From the IMG/VR virus record IMGVR_UViG_2868946205_000003: a stretch of DNA of 64,000 bases; one strand, 5' to 3'. Source of the DNA: a virus (Duplodnaviria > Caudoviricetes). Below are positions 1-9,484 of the stretch, in pieces (within the stretch, counting starts at the first letter, position 1; the number at the start of each line of letters is the position of its first letter). Under the pieces are notes generated by a model. That model saw nothing but the letters and a program-made list of their open reading frames with translations. It searched no databases and was not told the origin of the DNA. The translations under genes were made by a program, and so were the position numbers.

Positions 1-699
1 AATCAGCGAGCGTCTACGGAACTGGCTGAAGCTCGGCGGCAACTGGAAGTCTTTACGCGCCAGATTAACGCCGCTGGTTTACAGCCTGCTCAACTGCCGG
101 AGAAAGCGCAGATTACACCAGAGCAGATCGCGACAGTTCGCGAGAGCTTCCCCGAGGTGGCGAATGTGCTTGATGCGCTGACGCAGAAAGTGGAATACCT
201 GCAATCTGCTCAGCCAACCCCGGTAGTTCCTCAATCTGTTAATGACAACCCCGTGATGGCGGCACTGGATGCTACGGCAGAACTGAAAAGCTGGCAAAGC
301 AGCGATCCAGACCGTTTCACACTGGCGGTACATATCGATGAAACACTCAAACTTGATCCCGCATGGAAAGATAAACCGTTAGCTGAACGATTCAGTGAAG
401 TCGAGAAGCGAACCCGCGCTGCTTATGGCGAGACTGTGGAGAGTGCACCTCAACAGCCTACACAAGCCGCGCAACAGCAACCGACCACCGCAGAACTTCA
501 GCAAAAAGCAGCAGACCTGCTGGCGAAAGCGAATGCCTCGTCACAACTGCCTGCATCACCGTCCGATGTCGGCTCAACAACGCAACACAGTGCATCGCCA
601 CTGGAGCAGGCGGCTAATGCCGATCCTGATCAATTGCAGGCGATGTTTGCTGGCATGACTGATGCGCAGATTGAGGCGCTGTTAGAACAAGCCATCTGA
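1..699 (+). CDS. Putative capsid scaffolding protein (5'-truncated by window edge)
   Basis: Frame of ORF 157..699 is open back to base 1; Q/A-rich helical protein directly before the capsid gene. Confidence 0.6.
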   Translation, partial: NQRASTELAEARRQLEVFTRQINAAGLQPAQLPEKAQITPEQIATVRESFPEVANVLDALTQKVEYLQSAQPTPVVPQSVNDNPVMAALDATAELKSWQSSDPDRFTLAVHIDETLKLDPAWKDKPLAERFSEVEKRTRAAYGETVESAPQQPTQAAQQQPTTAELQQKAADLLAKANASSQLPASPSDVGSTTQHSASPLEQAANADPDQLQAMFAGMTDAQIEALLEQAI

Positions 700-720
700 C
701 GTTACTTACTCACATCATCC

Positions 721-748
721 AACCCGCAGTGTGCGGGTTTTTCTTTTT
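721..748 (+). terminator. Intrinsic terminator-like hairpin
   Basis: AACCCGCA-GTG-TGCGGGTT followed by T-rich tract. Confidence 0.7.
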
Positions 749-759
749 AGGGAATCAAC

Positions 760-1983
760 ATGACTACCATTACCTCCGCCCAGGCGAATAAGTTGATGCA
801 GGTTGCGCTGTTTACCGCAGCCAACCGCAACCGCTCATTCGTTAACATCATGACGGAACAGCAGGAAGCGCCAAAGGCGGTAACGCCGGATAAAAAAGGC
901 GTGAAGCAAACCAGCTATACCGCGCCAGTAGTGCGCATTACCGATCTGCAAAAATCCAAGGGCGATGAAGTGGATATGCAGATCGTCCACAAGCTCAGCA
1001 AGCGCCCGACGATGGGCGATGCGAAGCTGGAAGGGCGCGGTGAAAACCTCGCGTTCGCGGATTTCTCGCTTAAGATCAATCAGGGCCGCCACCTGGTTGA
1101 TGCGGGCGGGAAAATGTCAGAACAGCGTTATAAGCACAATCTGAACAAAACCGGGCGCACCTTGCTGGGCACGTACTTTAATGACCTGCAAGATCAGTGC
1201 GCAACGGTGCATCTGGCGGGCGCACGCGGTGATTTTATCGCCGATGACACCATTCTGCCGCTGGCAGGACACAGTGAGTTCGGCAAAATCATGATCAACG
1301 ACGTGCTGCCGCCAACCTACGATCGCCATTTTTATGCCGGTGACGCAACCAGCTTTGAAGGTCTGGATGCTGCCGATCTGTTTACGCTGGGCGTGGTCGA
1401 TAATCTCTCTCTGTTTATCGATGAAATGGCGCATCCACTCCAGCCCGTCAAAATGTCGAAAGACGACATGGCGAACGACGATCCGTATTACGTCCTGAAC
1501 GTGACGCCACGCCAGTGGAACGACTGGTATACGTCCACCTCTGGTAAAGACTGGCAGGCGATGCTGTCTCGCGTTATGCAGCGATCTAAAGGCTTCGACC
1601 ATCCGTTGTTCAAAGGTGAGTGTGCGATGTGGCGTAACATCCTGGTGCGTAAATACACCGGGATGCCGATTCGCTTCAACACAGGTTCTCAGGTCGCGGT
1701 TTCCAATAACGATCTGGCTGCGACGGTAGCGCAGAAGGAAGCGAAAACCACCATTGACCGCGCCATCTTGCTGGGCGGTCAGGCGCTGGCGAACGCTTAC
1801 GGTACGGGCGAAGGCGGCGGCCACTTCGGCTACCACGAAGAGAAGGTGGATCATGGTAACGGCACAGAGATTTCAGTTCGTTGGATTAACGGCCTGAAGA
1901 AAATCCGCTTCCAGCAGAAAGATGGCCGTATGAGTGACCACGGCATCATCGTCGTCGATTCCGCGATCTCTACGGGTCGTTAA
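760..1983 (+). CDS. Major capsid protein, N4-gp56/DUF4043-like
   Basis: 407 aa; motifs GDEV..IVHKL..PTMGD..LEGRGE and INQGRH..DAGGKM typical of this capsid family. Confidence 0.85.
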   Translation: MTTITSAQANKLMQVALFTAANRNRSFVNIMTEQQEAPKAVTPDKKGVKQTSYTAPVVRITDLQKSKGDEVDMQIVHKLSKRPTMGDAKLEGRGENLAFADFSLKINQGRHLVDAGGKMSEQRYKHNLNKTGRTLLGTYFNDLQDQCATVHLAGARGDFIADDTILPLAGHSEFGKIMINDVLPPTYDRHFYAGDATSFEGLDAADLFTLGVVDNLSLFIDEMAHPLQPVKMSKDDMANDDPYYVLNVTPRQWNDWYTSTSGKDWQAMLSRVMQRSKGFDHPLFKGECAMWRNILVRKYTGMPIRFNTGSQVAVSNNDLAATVAQKEAKTTIDRAILLGGQALANAYGTGEGGGHFGYHEEKVDHGNGTEISVRWINGLKKIRFQQKDGRMSDHGIIVVDSAISTGR

Positions 1984-2044
1984 TCTATCCCTCTCATAAC
2001 AGCAGGCTTCGGCCTGCTGCTTTGCTTTATCAGGAGAAAATTTT

Positions 2045-2428
2045 ATGGCAACGATTCAAGCGCCGTCCATGCGTGATGCGGTGTACCAAGGTCCACAGGG
2101 CAACCTGTCTTTGGCAGAAAGCCAGATTGTGCTGGCTGCCGCAGCCGTCGGCGATATTGTCGAACTGCTGGAAATGCCGATCGGTATGCGTATCTGTTCC
2201 ATTGATGTGGTCAGTGAAGCGTTGGGCGCGGGCGTAACAGTGGAAGTAAAAAGCGGTACACATACGCTTATCGCGGCGGCCAGCCATGCCGATGCGGTGG
2301 CGAAATCTGTACCTGTAGTACCGTATAGCACGGCGGCCAGCGGTGAGAAAATTACCGCCATGATTGCCGGAGGTGCCGCAACGGGGCGTCTGGTCATCAA
2401 TGTGAAATATGTCGCGGTAGGCTATTAA
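2045..2428 (+). CDS. Putative capsid decoration/cement protein
   Basis: 127 aa Ala/Val-rich beta protein after the capsid gene; GGAG RBS. Confidence 0.6.
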   Translation: MATIQAPSMRDAVYQGPQGNLSLAESQIVLAAAAVGDIVELLEMPIGMRICSIDVVSEALGAGVTVEVKSGTHTLIAAASHADAVAKSVPVVPYSTAASGEKITAMIAGGAATGRLVINVKYVAVGY

Positions 2429-2447
2429 GCCACTTCCAACATTATCC

Positions 2448-2470
2448 AGCCCACTTCGGTGGGCTTTTTT
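2448..2470 (+). terminator. Intrinsic terminator
   Basis: AGCCCAC-TTCG-GTGGGCT + TTTTT. Confidence 0.85.
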
Positions 2471-2478
2471 ATAAGGAT

Positions 2479-2522
2479 TGATGCGCCGCGCGATAAATGC
2501 GGCACATCCTGCGCGATAAATG
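2479..2522 (+). repeat. Left end: two putative transposase-binding boxes GCGCGATAAATG
   Basis: Exact copies at 2488-2499 and 2511-2522 (offsets 10 and 33 from the end). Confidence 0.85.
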
Positions 2523-2564
2523 AAATACCCATACTGTTACGGATACTGAAAACAAATTACAAAA

Positions 2565-3122
2565 TTATGTGCCGCAGACAGGGAAATGCTTGTAGATAGT
2601 AGAAACGCCGACATCATAAATGATCGCTAGCTGCTGTCTGCTGTGACCTGCATTCAGTAGCCGTTTAATCATCTCTTTATCCTCAGATGTAAACACTTGC
2701 GGTCTACCGCCGATACGTCCTTTTTCCCTTGCAGCAGCCAATCCAGCTAACGTCCTCTCAACAATAAGCTCCCGCTCCATTTCTGCAAGGGCAGACATTA
2801 CGTGAAAAAAGAACCTTCCCATTGCAGTTCCTGTATCAATGCTGTCTGTTAGAGAACGAAAATGTACACCACGCTCATGCAATTCAGATATCAGCGTAAC
2901 CAGATTTTTAACGCTTCTTCCAAGCCGATCCAATTTCCAAACAACAAGAGTATCTCCCTTTTCCATACATTTTAAGGCACGTCTAAGCCCTGGTCGGTTA
3001 GCGATTCGTCCACTCATCTTGTCTTCAAAAATTTGTTCACATTCTGCGCCAATCAATGCATTACGCTGCAAGTCGCTGTTTTGGTCATTTGTTGACACCC
3101 TCATATAACCCAATTTCGCCAT
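2565..3122 (-). CDS. Serine DNA invertase (Gin/Hin/Pin family)
   Basis: GYMRVST catalytic Ser, DTLVVWKLDRLGRS, C-terminal HTH; likely start MAKLGY at 3122. Confidence 0.95.
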   Translation of the reverse strand: MAKLGYMRVSTNDQNSDLQRNALIGAECEQIFEDKMSGRIANRPGLRRALKCMEKGDTLVVWKLDRLGRSVKNLVTLISELHERGVHFRSLTDSIDTGTAMGRFFFHVMSALAEMERELIVERTLAGLAAAREKGRIGGRPQVFTSEDKEMIKRLLNAGHSRQQLAIIYDVGVSTIYKHFPVCGT

Positions 3123-3184
3123 TTGTATCACGCTATCCTTCGTCACAAAGAGGGCGATTCTTACAAATGAGCCTCAGCATGGCA

Positions 3185-3210
3185 CTACCGAAAACCTCGG
3201 TTTTGGAGAG
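3185..3210 (+). repeat. 26-bp gix/hix-like inversion site A
   Basis: CTACCGAAAACC-TC-GGTTTTGGAGAG; inverted partner at 3886-3911. Confidence 0.9.
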
Positions 3211-3468
3211 GCGCTTTTAAGTGAAAGTGGTTATCAAAAACTTTCGGGGGGATTGATCATTCAGTGGGGCGTATCAAAAGAAGGCAATAACGTATTCCCT
3301 ATTCAATTCCCTGCCCAGTGTTTTTCGTTGACCGCTACATTAAAACGAACCAGCTCGCCATGGGATGGATCTGTCACTGCTGCATACATTATTAGCAAAA
3401 GCGAATTTTATGTCGGTGTCGGTACGCCTAACAGCGATCCGATATATTGGCTCGCAATTGGAAACTAA
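3199..3468 (+). CDS. Silent alternative tail-fibre C-terminus (fused after inversion)
   Basis: Reads (NL)GFGE-ALLSESGYQKLSGGLIIQWG...YWLAIGN in frame from the crossover site; typical fibre-tip sequence. Confidence 0.88.
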   Translation, partial: GFGEALLSESGYQKLSGGLIIQWGVSKEGNNVFPIQFPAQCFSLTATLKRTSSPWDGSVTAAYIISKSEFYVGVGTPNSDPIYWLAIGN

Positions 3469-3531
3469 TATTTTCCTTGGGCGGGACGGGTGAAATTAAT
3501 CTCCCCCGTTCCGCTATAACTTACTAATTTT

Positions 3532-5466
3532 TCAAAAATTAATTATTTTTAAAACTGCAGCCCAGTTATCCAATTCATTTTGTGTTCCGATAACAATCCC
3601 ACCGCCTGATAATTTATCACCGCCAAAAAATCCACGGTTGGGGACATTGAATTGAATATGCGTTTTCGACACCCCTGCGGTTAACGGTAAATATCGTGAT
3701 GCACCTGCAATTGAAATCAGCGCGGATGGGCACATCAATACATCCCCCGCACTGTACGCCCCGATTGACGCAATACACACGATCATCACGTCTGTAATAC
3801 ATGAATCGACATTCAATTCAGATATGTGATGTTCAATTATGATTGGCTCATTCAGGATCATACGTTGCCGAGCAGAAAACCACACTTCTCCAAAACCGAG
3901 GTTTTGTGGCGTGAGGTTGATATCTGCTGACCCGTCAAACGCTACACCATTAATCTTACGTGCCGTTGCCAGCTTCGTTGCAGTACCTGCATTACCGGTT
4001 GTTGTCGTGGCTGTACCGCCATTGGCTGCGGCGGTGATGGTAATGTTTGTTGTCCCATCGAAGGCTACGCCATTAATTGTGCGTGCTGTGGCCAATTTGG
4101 TCGCCGCTGCCGCTGTACCTGCAGTAGGTAATGCGCCAACATTTGCCGGAGTAAGTGAAATATTCGCTGTGCCATCAAATGCCACGCCGTTAATAGTCCG
4201 TGCTGTGGCCAATTTGGTCGCTGCCACAGCCGTTCCCGCAGTTGGCAATGCCCCGATGTTTGCCGGAGTTAGAGTGATATCCGCCGTACCATCAAACGCC
4301 ACGCCGTTAATATTTCTCGAAACAGCCAGTTTAGTTGCGGCCGTCGCAGTACCCGCCGCAGGTAACGCCCCTACATTCGCTGGGGTAAGTGCAATATCCG
4401 CAGTACCGTCAAACGCTACCCCCGCAATTTTCCGAGCCATTGACAATTTAGTTGCCGCTGCCGCTGTCCCGTCTGCGGGTAAAGCACCAATATCCGCTGC
4501 AGCGGGCTTATTATTCGGGCTGTAGACGCGTTGGCCTTTTTCCTGAAGCACAGATGCGTTAGCCGTGTGACCAAACTCAATATTTCCAGTGGCCAGGTCA
4601 ATTCGGAGTGGTCGTAAGCTGTTAAACCCGCCACCGCTGTCATTCTTATTAGTTAGCAGGATGTAAACGCCACCGCCATCCTGCCGGAGAATCGCGCCAT
4701 ATCCACCGTAAACCATGCGTAACACATCAGCGACTGTCGAAATCAGATTACCCGTCAGTGTGCCGCCTACAGCCGGTAATGCCCCTATATTTTCAGGCGT
4801 CAGTGCAATATCCGCAGTACCATCAAACGCGATGCCAGCAATCTTTCTCGCTGCGGCCAATTTTGTTGCAGCAACCGCCGTAGCGGTTTTCCCTAAATAA
4901 CGACCATCCCCGGCTGTAATATCTGGAATATCACTGGCTCCTGTACCGACTGCGCGTGTAGCGGCAGATTTTAGCCCGACGTTGGCCATAAATTTGGTCT
5001 TGTCGGGAATGTCCGCCCCGTTTTGCTCTTTCGTCAGTTTTTGCGCCAGTTCATTCAATATCGTAGTCGAAAAGTTAGGGTCATTTCCCAACGCAGCAGC
5101 CAGCTCTTTTAACGTATCTAATGCGCCAGGAGAACCATTGACCAACGCGGCAATCGCCGCCATCACGTAGGCTGTTGTGGCGATCTGCGCGTTATTGACG
5201 CCTGCGGCCGCAGTCGGTGCCGTTGGTGTTCCGGTCAAGGCGGGGCTGGCTTTAGGGGCGTACTGTGTATGCGGATCAGTTGCTTTGGTATGGGAGAGTA
5301 AATCTGCCCCCGTTTTTTCCTGCTGTTCTTTCAGATACGCAGTGCGCTTGGCCAACTGTTCCGCCTGCCGGTTGGAAATGCCTCCGGGGCCACCAATCAC
5401 GGGATCGGATGTCTCTAGTTGGTAAATGCCGTCAATCCACTCTTTTTGTTCAGGCAGGTTAGCCAT
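3532..5466 (-). CDS. Tail fibre protein with invertible tip
   Basis: DPHTQYAPKASPALTGTPTAPT and LDTLKELAAALGNDPNF motifs; six ATKL..ARxIxGxAFDG repeats; NLGFGE crossover. Confidence 0.93.
   Translation of the reverse strand: MANLPEQKEWIDGIYQLETSDPVIGGPGGISNRQAEQLAKRTAYLKEQQEKTGADLLSHTKATDPHTQYAPKASPALTGTPTAPTAAAGVNNAQIATTAYVMAAIAALVNGSPGALDTLKELAAALGNDPNFSTTILNELAQKLTKEQNGADIPDKTKFMANVGLKSAATRAVGTGASDIPDITAGDGRYLGKTATAVAATKLAAARKIAGIAFDGTADIALTPENIGALPAVGGTLTGNLISTVADVLRMVYGGYGAILRQDGGGVYILLTNKNDSGGGFNSLRPLRIDLATGNIEFGHTANASVLQEKGQRVYSPNNKPAAADIGALPADGTAAAATKLSMARKIAGVAFDGTADIALTPANVGALPAAGTATAATKLAVSRNINGVAFDGTADITLTPANIGALPTAGTAVAATKLATARTINGVAFDGTANISLTPANVGALPTAGTAAAATKLATARTINGVAFDGTTNITITAAANGGTATTTTGNAGTATKLATARKINGVAFDGSADINLTPQNLGFGEVWFSARQRMILNEPIIIEHHISELNVDSCITDVMIVCIASIGAYSAGDVLMCPSALISIAGASRYLPLTAGVSKTHIQFNVPNRGFFGGDKLSGGGIVIGTQNELDNWAAVLKIINF
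3886..3911 (-). repeat. 26-bp gix/hix-like inversion site B (inside fibre gene)
   Basis: Minus strand CGCCACAAAACC-TC-GGTTTTGGAGAA. Confidence 0.9.
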
Positions 5467-6041
5467 TATGCACTCCCGTAATTGTAGTTACCGTCATATG
5501 ACGCGGTTTCGTTATAGCGAATAGGCACCCCCAGATATTCCAGGCTGGCCAACAGGCAGCGAGCGGGGGCAATCATTTCCAGTGTGTTACGCAGCATATG
5601 TGCCTGGTCATTGGTGATGGGTTGTTGCAGCAGAACGCGGTAAACCGGCCATTTACTGGGGTCGCCGTAAACCATGTGGCCGTTATAACTGCGGATACCG
5701 TTGTAACTGAGGCGTCCGATATGTTCGATTAACTCAACATCGCCAAATCCGAGACTACGGATAACATCACGCACGGCCCATTCCGTTCCTTTGAAGCGAT
5801 GCCGCTCTATCGCTGACTTAATCATGGCGCGGCGGGCATCTTCAGATTCAGCCAGTTGCCAGCCGTCTTCCTTCAGTGAGAATTGCTCAGCCAGTGCATC
5901 CAGTGCGCCGCCGTCAACGATGTCGACAAGATAGACAATGACGGCTTCAACCTGCAGGGCGTCAAATCTGTCCAGTAGTGATGCCAACACGCTAAATCGC
6001 AGATCAGACGCCAACGGGGGTGGGAGAAGGTCTTTACTCAT
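5466..6041 (-). CDS. Tail protein I (P2 gpI-like)
   Basis: LDALAEQF..W..AESEDARR..HRFKGT motif; between baseplate J and fibre. Confidence 0.85.
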   Translation of the reverse strand: MSKDLLPPPLASDLRFSVLASLLDRFDALQVEAVIVYLVDIVDGGALDALAEQFSLKEDGWQLAESEDARRAMIKSAIERHRFKGTEWAVRDVIRSLGFGDVELIEHIGRLSYNGIRSYNGHMVYGDPSKWPVYRVLLQQPITNDQAHMLRNTLEMIAPARCLLASLEYLGVPIRYNETASYDGNYNYGSA

Positions 6042-7140
6042 CAGCCACGCCTGCAATGGTTATTGCAATGTCGGTACAGATAGCGAGTTGCCAGGCATCA
6101 AGCACCAGCAACGCTGGAGATAACAGCTCAACGCTGTAAACCCCATCGAGTAACAAGGCGGCATTAATCTGACTGGGCACGATGTCCTGCCCCAATGTTG
6201 CCCGACGTTGTTCTGTCCAGGCTAACGCAGCCTGCTGTGCTGCCTGTTTAACTGGCAATGCCTGCACATCGCGTTTGAGCGTCAATCTGGCATGCAGTGC
6301 GTATTCAATCGGAACCGGGGATTTTGCCGCGACGGTGTCCGTGAGTGGCCGGACTTTTTCATCAGAACAAACGCTGATCACTTGCGCCAGCACACTGTCA
6401 TCAGGCAGACCTGTGGACAACAGCGGATATAAATGAACGGTGCCAGGCTCGGCTCTGACTACCCCAACGTCAACAATATCGGGGTGAGCGCTCAACGCAT
6501 GATAGCGGTACGCTAATTTTGAGCCTGCCGTGCTGAAGGACTCAGGGGCTAACTGGATACGTTCGCGCAGGCGGTCATCAGTTTCTTCATCAGAGCCACC
6601 GGCGCTGGCGGTAATATTGGTCACGGTGAAGTCGACGTCGTCAATCTCATCCAACAACGTGCTAATTTGTGCTGGCTGCCAGTTGTTGCCAACTAATCCC
6701 GCCTGCGTACACGTTGCTGCTACGGTTATGCTCAGTGCGCCAGCCTTCATTATCACATCGCTATCAGTGGCAAACACGACTCTGTCGGAGGCACTAACTC
6801 GAGTTCCAGCAGAGATCAGCGTATCGGTTAACAATGCGCTGTCGACGCTAAATTGCAGCGTCGTCTGTCCGGCTAATGCCGCGAGACGGTACGTTCCCAC
6901 CAGTTCACCGAGGTAATCCAGCATCGGAGCGCGAGCATAACGCACCAGATTTTGTTTTGCCGCATCCTGAATCGCACTGCGTACCAGCATTTCACGGTAG
7001 GCCATCAAATCAATCAACAGGCGTTCAGCCTGGGCGGGGTACAGTGTCTTACCGCTGTCTGCTTCATATTTTGCAATCATCTCAGCAGTAACTTTTGCAG
7101 CGTCGCGTTCAATGAAAACGGGTTCAGTCGTTACCGCCAT
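6034..7140 (-). CDS. Baseplate J/gp47 family protein
   Basis: GGSDEETDDRLRERI, STAGS..AYRYHA motifs; likely start MAVTT. Confidence 0.9.
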   Translation of the reverse strand: MAVTTEPVFIERDAAKVTAEMIAKYEADSGKTLYPAQAERLLIDLMAYREMLVRSAIQDAAKQNLVRYARAPMLDYLGELVGTYRLAALAGQTTLQFSVDSALLTDTLISAGTRVSASDRVVFATDSDVIMKAGALSITVAATCTQAGLVGNNWQPAQISTLLDEIDDVDFTVTNITASAGGSDEETDDRLRERIQLAPESFSTAGSKLAYRYHALSAHPDIVDVGVVRAEPGTVHLYPLLSTGLPDDSVLAQVISVCSDEKVRPLTDTVAAKSPVPIEYALHARLTLKRDVQALPVKQAAQQAALAWTEQRRATLGQDIVPSQINAALLLDGVYSVELLSPALLVLDAWQLAICTDIAITIAGVADE

Positions 7141-7478
7141 AGCACCTCCGTAGCCTGTAGCACGCCGCTTGTTGTTTCCCAACTCAGGCGCAGTGTCATG
7201 TGTGTACCATCAATTAACGGCTTCACAGCCAGCAGCTTGCAGCGCGGCTCCCAGCGTTTGATCGCTTCGACTGTCTCCCGCACGACGTGCGGAATGGCCC
7301 GGTCAATCGGGTAGTCGATGTAGCGATGCAAGTTACTGCCAAATTCGGGACGGTGTGGATCGCTGCCGCAGGGTGTGCGCAGAATGATGTGAATGGCCTG
7401 AGTGATATCGGCAACCCCCTCGACGAGTTCGCCAGGGTGTTGCAGGGCCGGTTGCCAGTAAACAGAATTAGTATTCAT
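7131..7478 (-). CDS. Baseplate W/gp25 family protein
   Basis: ILRTPCGSDPHRPEFGS..WEPR motif. Confidence 0.9.
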   Translation of the reverse strand: MNTNSVYWQPALQHPGELVEGVADITQAIHIILRTPCGSDPHRPEFGSNLHRYIDYPIDRAIPHVVRETVEAIKRWEPRCKLLAVKPLIDGTHMTLRLSWETTSGVLQATEVLWR

Positions 7479-7484
7479 GGGGGC

Positions 7485-7527
7485 AGTATCGCCCCCGGTG
7501 GGATAGTTGGTTATTAACGTGATTTAG
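7485..7527 (-). promoter_or_regulatory. Putative Mor-activated late promoter (leaderless gp25 mRNA)
   Basis: Minus strand CTAA-N6-TTAA, 23 nt, GATACT; ATG follows after 6 nt. Confidence 0.65.
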
Positions 7528-7539
7528 AAAGGCTGAACG

Positions 7540-8133
7540 CTAGTGAGAATGGTGATTTGAATTACCATCGGCATCCATCACTGTGCCGGTGGCATCAATA
7601 TTGCCTTGAACGCTGACATTGCCCTGAATGGTTGCTGCTGAGCCAGCACCGCCAGACCCTGCCATGCCGCCCTGATAAGTTAGTTTGCCTTTAACCAGTA
7701 AATTTCCAGTGACTTCCGTCTCAGGTGCATCAATTGTGGCTCGCTGTGTTTTCACCGTTACATCCGTACCGCAGGCGATCACGATATGCTTGATGCCGCC
7801 GTTGATGGTTAATGTATGTGTCTTACGGTTGTAGTAAAACGCGGTGCTGTCGGAATAGGTAACGCCGCGTGCATCCGGGTTATTGACAGGCGGTTTATCG
7901 ACACTGGAGTAGACCGCGCCCAGGATAACGCCGTCCTCGCCATTTTCATCCAACAGCACCACAACCTGTTCGCCGACGTCGGGCAGCCAGTAGTCCTTAT
8001 TGTTCTGGGTATTGCGTTGCAGCACATCTAGCCAGTTGGTGCGCATATTATCGCATTCAGGTAGGCGAACGCGGGCGCGGACGTTTTGCGAGTCAACGGC
8101 GCTGACTGTGCCCACCTGTCGTGATACGCTCAT
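7540..8133 (-). CDS. Baseplate spike V
   Basis: WLPDVGEQV..GVILGAVYS; C-terminal HxH. Confidence 0.9.
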   Translation of the reverse strand: MSVSRQVGTVSAVDSQNVRARVRLPECDNMRTNWLDVLQRNTQNNKDYWLPDVGEQVVVLLDENGEDGVILGAVYSSVDKPPVNNPDARGVTYSDSTAFYYNRKTHTLTINGGIKHIVIACGTDVTVKTQRATIDAPETEVTGNLLVKGKLTYQGGMAGSGGAGSAATIQGNVSVQGNIDATGTVMDADGNSNHHSH

Positions 8134-9281
8134 TTTTTCTTTTCCTTTACGGTCGTTGTCGTAGTGGTCGTGCCATCTGCTTTGTAAACCGTCAGCGTCT
8201 GCGTTTTCTTCTTTTTCTTGCCATTGGTCACCGGGCCACGAGCAACTTCCAGTTCGGTCACGTAACCGCTGCTGCGATCAAACGAATGCCGGGCGCTGGT
8301 GATAAGCCATTGTCCTGATAGCTGACCAAATTTCACCAGATCTATTTTGTTGCCGGCAGTGAGCTGCGGTGTTCCCATCAGCGTCAGTGAACCGGTCTGC
8401 TGATATTCGTTATGTGAATCCAGCGCGGCATCGGCTTTGAGCTGCGCACTGTCTTTGTCCGATGAACGGCTGGTGACTTTAAGCGTATCCGCACTGGTGG
8501 CTTTGCCGCTCTCTTTTCCTGTGGCTGTCGTCGCACTTCCATCTGAATGGTACGTCACCAGCTTTTTGTCGCTGGCTTTCTGGTGTTTCAGTTTTGCCGA
8601 CTTATAGACCTGGTTGATGGTGTCACGCAGAGAATAACGGGCGACGTCGGTGGGTGATAACTGCTTAATGGGATCAAGTTGTCGCAAGGTGGCCAGATGG
8701 GAAAATATCAATTGGTCGCTGACAACCTTAACGGCATAGCCATACTCGCTGGCCAGTCGCTTCAGGAAGCCGACATCGGTTTCCGCATACTGCGTGACGC
8801 GATCGACCTTTATTGACTCAATACCGCCGACCAGTTTCAGACTGTGCTTTTTGGCAATGCGACCTGCGATAGCAGCCAGTGTGGTGTTCTCAAACCCCCG
8901 ACTGGATTTGGTACGCAGCGCAGTGTTGACTGACGTGGCCACACCGCGAATGGATACCGTTGACGGCGGCGCACTGACCTCAATCTCATCAATAGAAAAC
9001 GTGCCACAAGACAGTAGTTTCTCACCGTTGTAACCGAGTTTCAGCGTCAACGTATCGCCTTTACCCGGATACCACTTGTCCAGCCAGCGACCGTCAGTGT
9101 CATCCAGTGCGACCTCGATGGTGTCCGACTCAGACTTGATATTGTCGCTATAGCTGACGCGGGTAACGTAAGGCGCGATATCGCTGGTGATATCTTTCTT
9201 CAGATACCACAGGGTAAATACCGGTTGCAGGACGTCTGAGGTGCCAGGCAGCGGCGCTGTTTGTTGAATTAACGTAGCCAC
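8130..9281 (-). CDS. Late control D / baseplate hub protein
   Basis: Q..ETDVGFLKRLA..YG motif. Confidence 0.88.
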   Translation of the reverse strand: MATLIQQTAPLPGTSDVLQPVFTLWYLKKDITSDIAPYVTRVSYSDNIKSESDTIEVALDDTDGRWLDKWYPGKGDTLTLKLGYNGEKLLSCGTFSIDEIEVSAPPSTVSIRGVATSVNTALRTKSSRGFENTTLAAIAGRIAKKHSLKLVGGIESIKVDRVTQYAETDVGFLKRLASEYGYAVKVVSDQLIFSHLATLRQLDPIKQLSPTDVARYSLRDTINQVYKSAKLKHQKASDKKLVTYHSDGSATTATGKESGKATSADTLKVTSRSSDKDSAQLKADAALDSHNEYQQTGSLTLMGTPQLTAGNKIDLVKFGQLSGQWLITSARHSFDRSSGYVTELEVARGPVTNGKKKKKTQTLTVYKADGTTTTTTTVKEKKK

Positions 9282-9484
9282 GGTGCGACCTCCTCGGCGT
9301 TTTCTACTTCATCTTGTTCAATCATTGGGATTAAGAGAACGATGCCAGACGGTAATGAGGGCGTAACGGCCACATGCGGGTTCGCCATGATGATCCGGTC
9401 ATAACCCAGCGGATCGCCATAGTAATGTTGTGACAGCGAATCCCACCGGTCACCCATTTTTGTTACATGCTCGATGTACCTCAT
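9269..9484 (-). CDS. Tail protein X (LysM-like)
   Basis: GDRWDSLSQHYYG..ANP; ends PWLR. Confidence 0.88.
   Translation of the reverse strand: MRYIEHVTKMGDRWDSLSQHYYGDPLGYDRIIMANPHVAVTPSLPSGIVLLIPMIEQDEVENAEEVAPWLR

Noticed and set aside
3915-4480. Tandem repeats as a CRISPR array or DGR template
   Set aside because: In-frame coding repeats varying at third positions; no spacers, cas genes or reverse transcriptase in the window
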